NCBI GenBank assembly: GCA_008632985.1
Contig: QPGO01000002.1
Span: 186,001-250,000 of the forward strand
DNA from: Psammoneis japonica
Lineage: Eukaryota
Direction of reading: 5' to 3'
DNA: 64,000 bases
The notes under the pieces were generated by a model, which was not told where the DNA came from, made no database searches, and was given only the letters and a program-made list of their open reading frames with translations. This document shows, in pieces, positions 50,089 to 63,760 of the stretch. The translations under genes and the position numbers were made by a program. Each line of letters begins with the position of its first letter. Position 1 is the first letter of the stretch.

Positions 50089-50432
50089 ATTCACCGACCG
50101 CTGTGGGCCATCGTCGACAGCGATGAAATCACTGTTGTACCGGCTACTCTCTAGCAGTAGAGTATTTGGAACATAAAAGAAGCTGACGTCGATTGGACCT
50201 TCTGGGTCTCGTAACATCTTACGTACATGTACAGTACTGTATCCTACTGTACTGTACCGTACTGTACAAGACGCCTCATCGCCGACTCGTTGGACCGATT
50301 CGATTCGATTCGTTTGATTTGACATTCGACTGCGCCGCAACTGCTGCTGAATACTGAATACAGTAGCTAGAGTCTAGCCCTACTCCTCAATGCTGTAGAG
50401 TGCGATCTAATAAAAGTTAATATAGCTCTCCT

Positions 50433-51852
50433 CTAGTCATGTCTCCTTTTATCTCTCGAACGCTTCTTGATTCCCTTTTTATTGTCAATTACGACATAGT
50501 CGTCCATGTTTCGCCCATCACCTCCCCCAGCTCGTTGGTCCATGTGCTGACGACAATTGAATTTCGTAGACAGCCAGCCTTGTTCATCCTTTTCACTGTC
50601 GCTATCGTCCAAGACTTGACCATGATAAGTCGGCAGGTCTCGCTGCTCTTTGCCGTTTTCTTCTTGTAGACGTTGTCGCTTTGCCATTCTCGATGCCAAC
50701 GAGTGGTCCTGAATGTCGTCTTTAGACGCTTTCTTTTTTTGCGAGCTTTGCGTTCGTACCTTGCCTTGAAAAGCCAACAGCTTGGCCATGGTTTCCTCTT
50801 CACGCTGCTTCTTGCTCTTTGATGAAGCCTGTTGATATTTTAATCGTCTCGCTTCCACTGCGCTTGGTACGGACGGCGACTTTTTCTTTTCCTTTTTTTG
50901 ACGAGACTGGGCGTCAGACTGGATGTTGCCCTCGATCACTTTGCTCTCGATAGCCTTGCTCTCGACTTGTGTCTCTATTTTCTTATACACTGGACCAAGG
51001 TTCGGGGGTTCTTTCTCATTTTGCGCGACATCATGTTTTTCATCAACCTCTTTTTCTTTTGCCAGACTAGTGTTTCTCTTTTTCTTTTTCCTCCCATCCT
51101 CGTCTCCAACAATATCGTGACTGCTTTTCATACCCGCTCCATCGACTTGATCTAGCTCGTCGTCCCCACCAAAGCTCAATACATTCACGTCCCGTTTGCC
51201 TTTGCGTTGCTTCTTTTTTTTCTTTGGCGCAGCTTCGTTTGCTTTGGTTGCTTTCCAAGGCAAAAAGTTTCCGGGATACAGTGTGGACGGTTCTTCCAAC
51301 TCATATGAAACAACTTTGGTTGTCTTGATTCGTGGTGCATCGTCCATATCGAGTGGCTGTCCCTGGTCATTAACATTGGTGACACTACCAATGCGCAACG
51401 CGTTAAAGACGGTGGGACCACTGGCTACTGTACCAAAGACCAAGTGCTTTTCATTCAAATAGGGTGCTTCATCTAGCGTAATAAAGAACTGTGGTTCGAG
51501 CAAGACGTCGCTCTCGTTGAATGGTAACGCCATGGCGACTTGTCCTCGATGATTGAACTTGATGCGAGAATGCCGTTCCAAACTGCGTCTCTCCAAATAC
51601 TGTTCCGCTAGCGTTGAATTCTGTTGTTTCCATGCAACCCAATCAGTTTCACGAAGACCCGTTTGAATCAGAAAATTATTGATAATGCGGTGAAATACCA
51701 AGCCATCGTAGTAACCGTCCAATGCCAATTGCAAAAGAGTCGAACCGTTGCCGGCATTCACGACACCACAAGTGAATCTCAATAGGACCATGGGTCGTTT
51801 CAAGCAAGACTCGTCCTGACGTGGAAGGTTCTGTGGCATAAACTTGACTCAT
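50433..51852 (-). CDS. CWC27: Spliceosome-associated cyclophilin CWC27
   Basis: MSQVYATEPSTSGRVLLETTHGPIEIHLW, LDGYYDGLVFHRII, HSRIKFNHRGQVAMA, QFFITLD, NVLSFG, REEETMAKLLAF; frameshift near 51745. Confidence 0.9.
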
Positions 51853-52209
51853 ACTGAGATGTGGTATAGTAGGGTTTGCATCAAGTGGCTGATGGTGCTG
51901 TTGGTATGGTACTTGCAGAGTAGGAGAGAGTGCGAAGTGCGACCTATTTCGTTGTTCGTTGCGTTGGTTTTTGCGGGCTCTCCCACTCCCAACTCCCAAC
52001 ATCAGCATGCATTTTGCTTGCTGATAATCTCACCGTCTGTCTGTTGCAAAATTCCAAAATTTCAAAATAAAGCTTCGTGTATGAAGGAAATATATACCCG
52101 TCTGTCGTCGCAAAATTCCAAAAGGTTCTATCCTCGCGATAGATCTCGAAAGATTTCGTGGACGGCAATAAGCCGACAAGGCATTTCTCAAAGAAACACT
52201 GTTGCAACC

Positions 52210-54097
52210 ATGACGACCGCAGACGAGGTAAGCAAATGGCGTTGCTGTTGTAATGAGGTCGCTAAGCTATGTGATTGTATAGCTTATGACTGTAGATGAT
52301 TTATAGATGCATGCCGCGTGAACTGCGTTTATGTGAGTACAGCTGACTCAACCCCTTTTGACTCCCGTATCCACACACACACACACACACACAGTACAAG
52401 GCAAAAGGAAACGCCGCCTTACAGGCCGGTAAATTGTCGGAAGCGATTGAGCAGTACACGCTGGCCATTAACACGGACGGAGCAAATCACGTGTACTTTT
52501 CCAATCGGTCCGCCGCCTATCTGAAAAAGGGCGACGCACACAACGCTCTGGAGGATGCCAATTCCTGTATCGGTTTGAATCCCGACTTTGCAAAGGGATA
52601 CTCCCGCAAGGGTGCAGCTCTTCATGCGCTGAAACGATACAATGATAGCATTGCGGCCTATCAGGAAGGACTTGCCAAGTTTCCAGACGATACGGGACTT
52701 AAAAAGGGCCTTGCCGATGTCGAGCGTGAAAAGGATGGGCCACCACCCGGAGCGGCGGCTGGGGCTGGAGGAGCGAGTAGTCCCTTTGCGGGTCTCTTTG
52801 GACCACAAGCCATGACCATGATTGCCACCAATCCAAAGCTACGACACCTCTTGAATGATGACGACTTTATGAAGAAAATGAAGATGCTGGAGAAGAATCC
52901 AAACTTGTTTCCCACCATGATGCAAGACCCGAATATGATGCTCTACCTCAATACCGTCATGGGTGGAGCTGAAGTAGATGAATCGGAGGCTCCCTCTGCT
53001 CCAGTACCGAAAAAGAAGGAAGAAGCCAAGAAACCGGAACCCGAACCTGAACCGGTAGAGGTCGAGGAGGACTGGTCTAATCTGTCTCCGGAGGAACGCA
53101 AAGTCAAGGAAACCCAAAAGGCGGCTCAAGACAAAAAGAAGGAGGGTAATGATCTGTACAAGGCCAAAAAGTTTGACGAGGCATTGGCCGCGTACGATCA
53201 AGCGATTGAGATTGATCCTACCAACATGACCTTTTACAGCAACAAGGCGGCCGTCTACTTCACTTCCAAACGTTACGATGAGTGCATTGAAGCATGCGAC
53301 AAGGCTGTCGAAGTGGGCAAGGCCAACATGGCCCCGTTGAGGACCGAGCAAAGGCACTCACGCGATGTGCCAAAGCCTATCAGAAAAAGGGAGACCTCGA
53401 CAAGGCGATTGAAATGTGCAAAGCGGCGCAGTTGGAATCGTACGACAAGCAGACGCAACGTTTGATGAAAACCATGGAGTTGGAAAAGAAAAAGGCAGAC
53501 ACCTTGGCATACCAGGACGATGATCTTGCCGAAGAGGCAAAGCAGCGTGGTAACGACCACTTTCGCAAAAAGGAATGGTCCGAAGCTGTCAAGGAGTACG
53601 AGGAAGCAGTCAAACGTGCGCCGAAGAACGCAGCCATTCGAAACAACTTGAGTGCGGCGCTATGTAAGATTATGGATTTCAATGGTGCCAAGCGCCACGT
53701 CGAGGTTGCCCTGGAGCTCGATCCTCAGTACACAAAGGCGTGGGCTCGCAAAGGCGACATTGAAGTGATGATGAAGGAGTATCACAAGGCGCTCGAAAGT
53801 TACAAGGCGGGATTGGAAACGGACTCAACCAATGCGGCCTGTAGAGAAGGACTGCGAAAGGTAACGGGACTAATCAACTATGGCAATTCTAAAATGTCCG
53901 AGGAGGAAAAGAAAGAACGGGCAGAGCATGCAATGGCAGACCCGGAAATCCAAGCCATTTTGAATGACCCAGTTATTCAGCAGATTCTCAAGGACTTTAA
54001 CGAGAACCCCAACGCGGCTCAGCAAGCTCTTCAGAATGCCACTGTACGCGCCAAGATTGAAAAGCTGATTGCTTCCGGCATTATCGAAACAAGGTAG
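52210..54097 (+). CDS. STI1: Hsp70-Hsp90 organizing protein STI1/HOP
   Basis: Exon 1 MTTADE, intron 52228-52394; TPR1-DP1-TPR2A-TPR2B-DP2 (AMADPEIQAILNDP..KLIASGII); frameshift near 53336. Confidence 0.95.
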
Positions 54098-54619
54098 GTC
54101 AAGAAAACCATTGGAATGAGAGGGAGCCAGAAAGGCAGGGAGCTGCAATATATATAGGAAAGTAGGAGCTGAGTAGGGATGGCCAGTACTATAGGGTACC
54201 CTCGTTTTACCCAACAGTGTCACTGTGTTTCCCAGCATTATTAAGATTTTTCCTGGACACATTTTCAACCACAAGCACCCAATCAGTCTAGAGAGTGGCT
54301 AATCCGTGAGAAATAGTTCAGCGCATATAAATGACAAGCACTGAGCATGCCATAACGAATACCCTCTAGTGTGGACCCCATTTAAGCAAGAGAGCAGAGA
54401 GCGGTGTGGTACAAAAAAAATTTAAAAAAAAAAAACAGAAACGACGGCATCAAAGTAGACTACGCAATAATACATCGCAAGAGCTACAACCGTCATCGAG
54501 CCCATTGACCTACGTGCGGAAGCAAATTACACACAGACAAAGATTGCCATGTCGTAGAATCCATTGGGAACAATGATCCACAGCACCAGATCTAGCTGGT
54601 TAGATCTGTCCTCCATCCT

Positions 54620-57600
54620 CACTCGGTCACCAGTCTGTCACTCACTGTTCTGCTTTGACCCAGCCCATGACGTGCTCACCAGCCAGCACTGGCATTCTCT
54701 CATTGCTTGGCTTGGAGTCCAGGCTCCAGCAGCAAGCTCCTGGACCAGTCCTGCTCGAATCCAAGGGGTGCAATTTGGGGCACAAGAACTTTGGGGTGCA
54801 AAAACAGGCATCCTGCCTGAGACCAACACGCAATTTTCCTGCATTGAGTGCGCCAAAACTGCAACTCATTTGTTGCAAGCCTTTGACACACAAAGGTTGG
54901 TGCAATGATGATGATGATGTGTTTGCCAGAGCAATGCAGCCGATGGTGAGGTTGTCACCAAGGATCCTGACAACCATGGCAATTGGATTTGCTGCATCAA
55001 TTGTGCCAGCTCGCATCCTCTTTTGTGCGCCAATGATCTTCTCCAAGGCTTTGATCTGGGCTCCAACAGCCCTGCCTTTTTTTGGTGTGAGCACTCGCAT
55101 CCCAGAAAAGGAGTCCAGAAATTGACAACTGGCACTTTGAGTTGCTGGTCACCATTCCTTTGTCTTCTTCAAAGACTTGCTTGCAAATGAGTTGGCCAAA
55201 GCCACACAATTTGACAAGTTCTTTTTGGGTGCAGATGTCACAGCTCCAGATGACAAACCTGCCATGTTGCACACACCTGCGGCACACCCCTTGTTTGTGA
55301 AATTGAAAGAAGAAGGTGATGATGGCTTTGTGCTGCATCTGTGGGTGCAAGCATGGCATGGACACTTTGATCTCAGTGGCACAAAGCAGTCGCCTGATCA
55401 AGTGTGGCTTGATGCACACATCTTCTGCCCTCCTTTCAATGCTTCCTGTGGATGCCACGCTTGCTTCATGGCAATGTCGTCCAAGAAAGAAAATCATCAA
55501 ATCATGGAAACAATTTTAAGAGCTTCCATTTCCTTCTCCCCTGACATCTTCTGCAAAGCCTTGCTTCAAGCACGGTGTTGACTGCCACTTGCTGCTGTGC
55601 TCATTCCATCTGGCTGCACCACATGATGAGTGCACCCCAGCCAGTTCTCCAGGTCTTGTCCATTGCTGTGCAACTGTCCAACAATGCAGAGGAAGCAGCA
55701 AGAGCAATTCATCACACCCATGGCAATGCATCTGGGGAAAATCTGGGTGTCACAGCCTTCCTGTCCTTGTTTTTGTGAGACAGCAACTGGCGCATTGGCA
55801 AGAGCTTCTCCACTCCATTTTCCCCTGACATGCCATTTGTTGCTGTGCCAATTTTGTCTGGCCGCACAACACAATGAGGGTGTCCCAGCCAGTTCTCCAG
55901 ATCTTGTCATTGAGAACCAATCAGCGGAATGTCACCGGCAAATGGGCTGGCAGCCCCACTTGTCCGCTGCTGCACAACCATCTGATGGCACAGAGGCAAT
56001 GGCAAGAACAATGCACCACACCCACAGCAATGCATCTGGGAAGAAAACCCAATTGCTGCCACCTTCCTGCTCTTGTTCTTGTGAGACAGCATGAGAGTGG
56101 CAATGCATGCAACAGCAAAGTTTGACAACAACAATGTCAGTGTGGTGTTGTTCTTTCTTGTGTTCTGGAAACAATCAATTGCCGCACACAAATTTCAGAA
56201 ACAGGCCACATTTTTGTGTTTAAAAAATTTGTTGAATGCAGAATTGCTGTCTTGTCAAAATTTTGGATTCCTGTGCTGCTGACTCACAACATTGTGCGAC
56301 GCACACTGCACAAACATTGTGACAACACGCCATCATCACAAACACCTGCCATTGCACGACAAAGCAGTTGTTGTGTCCATCTGGTGTTGTTTTCAGCACG
56401 GATGATTTTGTGGATGAATGATGCACGCAATGAGGCAGAGCAGCAAATGTGCTCTCTGTCCACAGCAGTGCAAAAAACGCACAGCACGTGAGTGCCATGC
56501 TCATGCTGCTGGCAGTGCATTGTGCTGCTGCTTGCCAGACTCAACCATCTCAGCCATCTGAAATGTGGGGCCAAGCACCAAGAAAAATGGTGAGCAAGCA
56601 CAGCAGCTCTGTGGCAGAGTGCACCATTGATTGGACATGTCTCATGCTGTTGCTTGTCATGCAAAGGCCAAGGAGGTGGTCAGCCCTGGGTGCAAATGAA
56701 AAAGTGACAACCATTGGGCACCATTGTTGTGCTGCCACTTGCCAGACTCAACCACCCCCATGGTGAGATCACATTGTCCTGTGGCTTGCTGTGCAATTGA
56801 TTGGACATGCCTCACACTGTTGATTGTTGTGCAAAGGCCAATGAGTTGTTGGCTGCCACTGGCACAAATGCAAGGTGAGAGCCTTGCGAGCACTCCAGTT
56901 TGGCATTGTTGACTTGCTCTGATGCTGCTGGGCATCATTGTGTTGCTTCTTGGCAGACTCAACCAGCCAACCCCTCCAAGCTGTTGCTGGATCAAGTGCC
57001 AAGGAAAATGGCTGGAGTGCACAATGCAGCCATGCAAGTTGTGCGCTGTTTGTTGGAAACACTTCTCACATTGTTTGTTCATTGTGGCAAAGAAAAAGAC
57101 AGTGAAAAAACATTGCAACAAAACTGCAACCCTTGCTGCAGCCAATGAAGCAAGTGCTTGCCACTCCCAGGGAGATTTGCACATTTGTGTTTTGGTGCAC
57201 CTTGTGTCATCTTGTGCTTGTGCACTGACCGGTTGTTTGTTTCTGCACACACAGTGCAGGTGGTGCAAGGCAGGAAGCTCACTTGATCCACGCCTTGGTC
57301 CACCAAGATGACGGCAAACATTTCACTCAAGCTTGCCTGGACACAAACCCTGTCTTCCCAACACAGTGCTGTGGCCTCAAGTGTGTTGTTGCACTTTTGG
57401 ATCAAGCAGCTGCAAGGTGCTGGAAAAGAAAAAGCCAGTGTGTGGGTTGGCAAAAATGCACTGAGTGCAATTGCCAGTTTTTGAACTGTGTCACGAGTGC
57501 TGTCAAAAGGCTGATTTGTCATCTGGAGTTAATTGAAGCACAGCTTCTCATGGAAATGAAAGTTGTTCAGAGCACTGTGGCTTCTCATTGTTCAGAGTTG

Positions 57601-60600
57601 TGCTCCAATTAAAAATGGACGTGCTGCATTGGGCACCCAAACATTGTTCAGAGTTGTGCTCTGATTGAATGGACACAATTGCAGCAGTGCTCTGAATGTC
57701 AGCACAGTGCTCCAATTTGCAAATTCATGCTCTGAGTGCAATGCTTTGAGCACATCTCCAGAGCTTTGAATGAAAAAATTTGCTCTGATTGTGCTCTGTG
57801 CAGGCATTGTCATCTCAGTTGACTGTGTCATTTGCCCCAAATGTCCCACACTGTGACAGGACAAATTCAAGCAAAGCTTTGCTCAGAACAAAACATTTCA
57901 ACCATGAATGAAGTGATTCTCACTTGCAGCGATGATGCTGAGTTGTGTTTGTCTTGCTTTCTTGTGACTGTGCTGATGCAGTGGGGGGGGGGGGGGGGGG
58001 CTGTCTTTGTTTTTCAGAAAAGCAGCAGCTTTGGTGTTGCAGGGTGGGCTTTTTCTTGTTGTTCTGTGAGCTTCAGCAATTGTGAAGCCACAGCATTGTT
58101 TGCTTGTGCCCACATGAGATGGGTTGGATGACAGCTCTGAAACACTGAGCAGCTGCAAAGTGGCACCTCACAGACAGCAGAGCAATGACAAGGTTGTTTT
58201 TTGCTTCTTCTTTTTGAAGATTTTGACATGGCCCCATTGGTTTCTTGCCACTGGGGCTGGACCAAGTGCACTGGAAATGACCTGACAGTGCCAACAAAGT
58301 TGAGAAGGGGGGACTTGCATGTTGTTTGCACTGTCAATTGTCAGCTTTCAAACTCAGGCAAAGTTTTGTAGTGTGCTTCATGCTGCAGGTGCTGCAGTGC
58401 ACAACCAAGTTGCTTGGAAGTGCAAGCAAATTTTTGAAGCTGATGTGAGTGGGTGTGGAGGGGGCACTGGCAGCTGTCTGTGGCAACTTGCTTTTCAATG
58501 CTGTGGCAACTCTCTCTCTTCCATTGTCTGCAAGACAAAGATTGCACTGCAACCCATTCCACATTTTCCCCAGATTCACCATGGCATTCAAGTGAGGTTG
58601 TTTGCAGTGTTTGTTTTTGAGTGCAAAAATGTTTGCACTCACACCCAGCTGCCAACAAAGTGAGAACATCAGGCACCATGACAGAAGCATGGATGACAGC
58701 AATCTGGCCAACATGTCTCCAAAATGCAGCAGACCATCCTCAAACATCTGATGTGTGTGTGACCTTTGACATGCAACAAACACAAAACAAATGAGAGTTG
58801 ACAGACAAGCCACCTCCATCATGGACTTGCTGCTTGATGACTTTGCTGGGGTGAAGCACAGTGAAATCAAGGAAAGCCATGCAAAGTCATGCAAAGTCAC
58901 AAGCTGTTTGGCCAAAGAACTTGACCAAAAAAAGCAGCAATGACCTCCCATTAAATTTGTCTCAAGAATGGTGTGGGGCAGGTGGATGTTCAACAACTTT
59001 GAGTGCAGACAGCTGCAAATGCACCACAAACTTGCACAGAGTCCCGCCTGGTGCTGGAATGCACCGACTGCAGATTGCCTTGCAACAGAAGCAAATGAAG
59101 GTGCAAAGCTGGCAAAAGCTTTTCACAGCTTCTTCCATGGCAAAGAGAGCCATCTCCAAGTGCATCACACAGCAGATTTTGGAGCCTTTCAATGCCACCA
59201 TTTCTCCATCTGTTGGGTCAGCTGGTGTTTTTTTTTGGACTTTGAAAATGTGTGCTGAGAGTTTCAGTTTGGTGCCCAACAACAGCAGCCTTGCAGAGCA
59301 TCCATGACAGGGCAGCTCAATGTGGGCAGATTTGTGGAGAAAAAACTGTGCTGTGACTCAAGACAGCCTGTTGACTTGTCTGTTGTGTGATCACATCTGG
59401 GTCCAAGCAGATTCGTGCTGGTTCATTGTTCAAGTCAGAGTTGAAAGGAGACTGTCAACAAGAAGCAAATTGTGGATGGGTTTTGGTTGGCACAGGAATG
59501 TGCAGCCAGAGGAGAGAAAGCATGTGTGGTTCTGATCACATCTGACAGCAGTGATTGTGGTCATGCTGTGACATGTCTGTGGGACACTGGCATGCCCATC
59601 ATGATTTGTTGCCCTGGTGTGGCTGCAAAAGCCCCAGCTGACAATGCCAATTTCATCATGTCTTGAAACTTTGATGTTCTTCTTGGTGGCCACCAGGGAG
59701 CCTTGATCAGGAGGATGACAGCATTCAGCGCAATCAGCTGAGCAAAGGTGCGCAGCTCAGCTGCCAAAAAGAAAGGTCATGACAAGCCCAAAGTGGTTTT
59801 AAAGCAGTCGGACCTTCAAGCTCATGGGAAGTTTCCCTTGTTTGGCAGAGTTGTGCTGAACACTCAGTGCTGCAGCATGGCAGAAAGAATTGATGGTCTG
59901 GTCCAGCTGGGCTGACAAGGTGAACATGGCACACAATTTTTGTGAGAAGGTCACAGCAAAAGATCACAAGAGCCACCAGGATGTCTGCACCTTGGCAACA
60001 CAGAGAAACTTCACAGAGTGGGGAGAACACAAACTCTCAATGCTGGACAAGCCTGTGATCAAAGTTGAGAATCAGAAGGATGGAGCCACAGCTTTGTCAT
60101 GCAAATCTTGTGCACAATTGACTTGCTGCCAAAAAAGGGGCTGGATGACTGTGTTGCCTGCAAGGTTCTAGAACAAGCTGATGATGCATCAGGAAACAGG
60201 CAACACTTCTGTTGCTTCCTCTTCATTGGGCAGAAATGGCATTGGGGACAATCACCACAATGGCAAATCATTTGATTGTGGCCAATTGCAGCACAAGGTC
60301 TCACTTCAAATGGTCTGGGCCACCAATCTCAGCACACATCAGCATGTGGGGTCATGGCTTTGAGTTTGTCTTCCCCAAGAACCCATGTGATGCCAACAGG
60401 AGTGCTTTGCCATTTTGTTTTCACCCAGCTTGGGACACTCCCAAGCACTTGTCTGTTCATCAAACCCTTGGGGCTGTCAGATGGCTGAAGAGGGAAAAAC
60501 CAATGTCATTTGCCAAAAGGCACTCTCTCATCTCAAAAGGAACAAGCCAAAACTTTCCAAGAAATGCTGACAAGTGGCATTTGATGGGCTGCAACAACCC

Positions 60601-61600
60601 CGTTGGCAGCTGCTCAGCCAAACATTGTGCACCCACTCACCCAATCAAATGAAACCTGCTGGCAGTGTGGCGGCTTTCCACACTCCAGAAATCAAAGCTT
60701 GCGAGCTGGCCAAAACAGCCTTGGCATCAGATCAAGAAAATGCAAAGACAAATGAAAGAAACCTGAGGAACTTGGAAAAGATTGACCTCTGGGCATCTCC
60801 AGGGTTCCTTTTGCATGACCTGCACATGACTCAAGCCTCTTTGCTGACCTTCAGCAATCACCTGCTCACGTTGGCATTGAAGGCAACAAAAACAAAAATG
60901 ATCTTACACAAATCTTTGTCATGAGCAAGTTCTGTTGTCAAATCAAATCACACAACCTGTCTTGCCAACAACTTTGAAAACATTCCTCAAACAATGAGAG
61001 CACATGTGGCAAATTGCCACAATCTCTGCTGATGACAGAGACCGTCATGATGGCTCTTGCTGCAGCAAGAGTGCAAAGTCAAGCTTCAAGCAGTGGCCTC
61101 TTCTCCCACAACCACCTGTCTGCCTCTTTCAAGATAGAGACCAAATTGTCAAGACTTTTGTAAAAAATTGCCACGAAAAATGCTGTGTGTCATTTTGACA
61201 AACTGCCTCTGCTGCAGTGCTTGTGCGGATGCTGCGGCCCACATCTTGATGTCCTGTCCTGGCACTTTCCCTGTCTGCTTTCATCTTTGTCTTTCCATTG
61301 ACACTCTGAGAATTGATGGTTGCAGCAGTGCCACCCAACTCAGCAAATTTGACCTCTGGTGGATCCACCACACCACTCATTTTGACAAATGTCCAAGCAG
61401 CCAACAGTGTGTCAAATCCAATCTTGCCAAAGCCCTTGCTGCCTGCAAGAAAAAGAACAAGAAACCTGCAACAAATGGCAAATGGCTGGTTCTCTCAATC
61501 CACCAATCTTGGACATGGTGGAAACAGGCGAACTCACAAACAACAACTAGCCACACCTCATCTTCTCCATCAAAAAAGCAAGACCACAAACAACAAAGTG
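54620..61600. mobile_element. Large TpA/CpG-depleted degenerate block with internal duplications
   Basis: TG/CA-saturated; duplicated units at about 55580-55790 / 55830-56090 and 56490-57050. Confidence 0.55.
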
Positions 61601-63299
61601 CAGCCAGCAGTGAGGGTGTCATAGACTCCAGCCGCGACACCCACCTGTGGGTTTCACATCTTTAGACACAGGCATAAAAACTGGCCACGGTCATTGTCCA
61701 AGCATTCTGTCATGTCTGCTCTCTAGTCTCGCGACCTGACAAAGTTCGACCTCCATCGCTGGGAACTTACATTGGAGAACAGTGCGATACATCCAGGTTT
61801 TTCAAAATGTTCGAGGATCCGTAAATGCCCGTCCTCACATCGTCTCTAGAGAGAAAGAGTAGAAGCTCTCTACTAGAGAGTAGACGAGCCATGTAGACTA
61901 GCTAGTTGCCTTACAAAATCGTCGAGTACATGTCATGCGCTGATGTCGTTTCCTTGGATGCGTAGTTAAGGCTGCCTCGAAGCAGTCTCTAGGCGCGTAA
62001 GTATGGTCGCTTCCTCCCTCCGAAGTTGGATCGCATTATTTGCGACGATTGATAAGTTGCCGAGCGAACTACTAGTATGACTAAGATCTACTTCACAGGA
62101 TGGAAGTGAACTTTATCTAGTTCAACGCAGCTGTTAGTAATGTCGGTACATTGAATTTGTTTTGATGGAATCTGAAGGCACTTTGTATTACAGCATTGAT
62201 TGCCCAAAGGCGGTGCTACTATGTTTTCCGTATATTAATAGAAGCGCGTCACAAGACAAAAAAACACCACAACAGCAGAGTCCCGTCCACGCAGCTTCAT
62301 CCGTCATTCATTGTTTCATTCAATCGGAGTCCGAATACGAGAGGACTGCAATAAGGCACTCCTCGGAGCCGCTTGGTGGTACGGCAGAGCCTATTCAAAC
62401 TTCTGTCTGCAATTTTGGAGGTTGTTACTTCACCGGGAATCTGACGAAGCACTGGGGCTGCAGTTGTGCCATCCGACTCTCTCGTCACGTTTTCTTGTTT
62501 CATGTCAGTGTCTTATGGTAGCGGGGTCCGAAGGTCGAGACGAATCGTACCAGAGCCATCCGATTCCGCTTTGGAAACATTTGTGATTTGGCATGGCCGG
62601 ATTTATTAAAAGTGGAGTCGACTTGCTGAACAGAGAGCGAGTCATCTGCCTCAAACATTGTCGCTTCAGTCACGTTTGCCAAGTCTGAGCTTTCACTGTC
62701 GACGCCAGATTCATTCGACGGTTCAAGAGCGGTTGTCGTAGCGGCAGGCATAGAAACGTTTGGAATAGTTCTTGGCTTGCTACTATCATCGTTCTGGTTA
62801 CTTCGATCTTCTAGGAGTGTATCGTAAAAGTAGCGCTTGTCAATCATTGGTCGCTGCCGTTTTTCGTTCGCATATCCGCCACAACCAAATGAAAGTAGGC
62901 GGCTAAGAGTCTCGTCACGTTCCACTAACGAATTCTTCTTCTCGCCCGACATTACAGCGGGCGTATCCGCAGATTCTGCCCCATTTTCCTTGCTGTCAAC
63001 GTTTTTAGCAAAATGTAGCATACCAGGCTTGCGGCTCCTCCGCGTCGCAAGTGGAGCTCGCCTTCACAAGCATTCTTCCTTTTCGCTGTCACTAGCATCT
63101 GCGCCAAACGCCCTGTCAGTCTTAGGAATACATGGCTCATTTTATATACATACTGTTCTCCTCTGAATCGCTGAGTAGGTCAATCAAGGGGATATTGGTA
63201 GGAGTACCACTACTATCGAGGGTCTGGTATTTGTGGGCCATCTGGCCCGTTCAGTCTTCACTTCAGCAATTTCACTGGGTTGTGCGACGGCTGCTGCAC

Positions 63300-63760
63300 A
63301 CCGTAGGACTCTCTTTTCTGCCTTCAGCTCCATGCATCAATAAACATCCGGGACGATTGAGAACAGGTTTGAGCTTGGCATAAGCGTCCAAAAAGGGTTT
63401 GGACTTTTTGAAGCGGTTCAAGGCCCGGAAGAGAATCGTCTGCAGTTATGTTTGGCGGACGTGAATGACAGTTTGCTGCATGAACGAAAGGGCTTTTTTC
63501 AGAGCGGAATTATCACGTCGGTGCACAAAGTGCGATAATTTGTCGTGCAATACATTCGATTGCTTTTCTTGATTATGTTTGGCGATCGCAGTTGCATCAA
63601 ACGCCATTCCTTTCTTGATGGGCTTAGCAAACTCATTTTCAAAGGCCGATGATTCCTTGCCCAAACAGCCAGGGCGCACCCAAGAGGCCATGTGATAGTA
63701 CTCAAGTATGTTGTTCAGAAATGGCGTCCCGGTGAGCCGATGCAGCTCTTCATCTTGATC
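63300..63760 (-). pseudogene. SNF2-family ATPase fragment (ATRX/RAD54L2-like)
   Basis: LTGTPFLNNILEYYHMASWVRPGCLG..FENEFAKPIKKG..VLHDKLSHFVHRRD; in-frame TAA at 63446 and broken flanks. ORF 62500-63021 may be a downstream remnant. Confidence 0.8.

Noticed and set aside
26540..53340. Programmed frameshifting or pseudogenisation of DAK, lipase, NAD-binding, CWC27 and STI1
   Set aside because: Single-base slips, several in short homopolymers, in otherwise intact conserved genes; assembly indel errors are more likely.
1..61600. Classical fungal RIP as the cause of the depleted blocks
   Set aside because: RIP depletes CpA/TpG and enriches TpA and AT content; the opposite is seen.
61720..62100. 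CTAG/TAG-rich palindromic cluster beside a domain edge (similar near 50140-50440)
   Set aside because: Low-complexity intergenic sequence with no defined repeat unit; cannot support a function.
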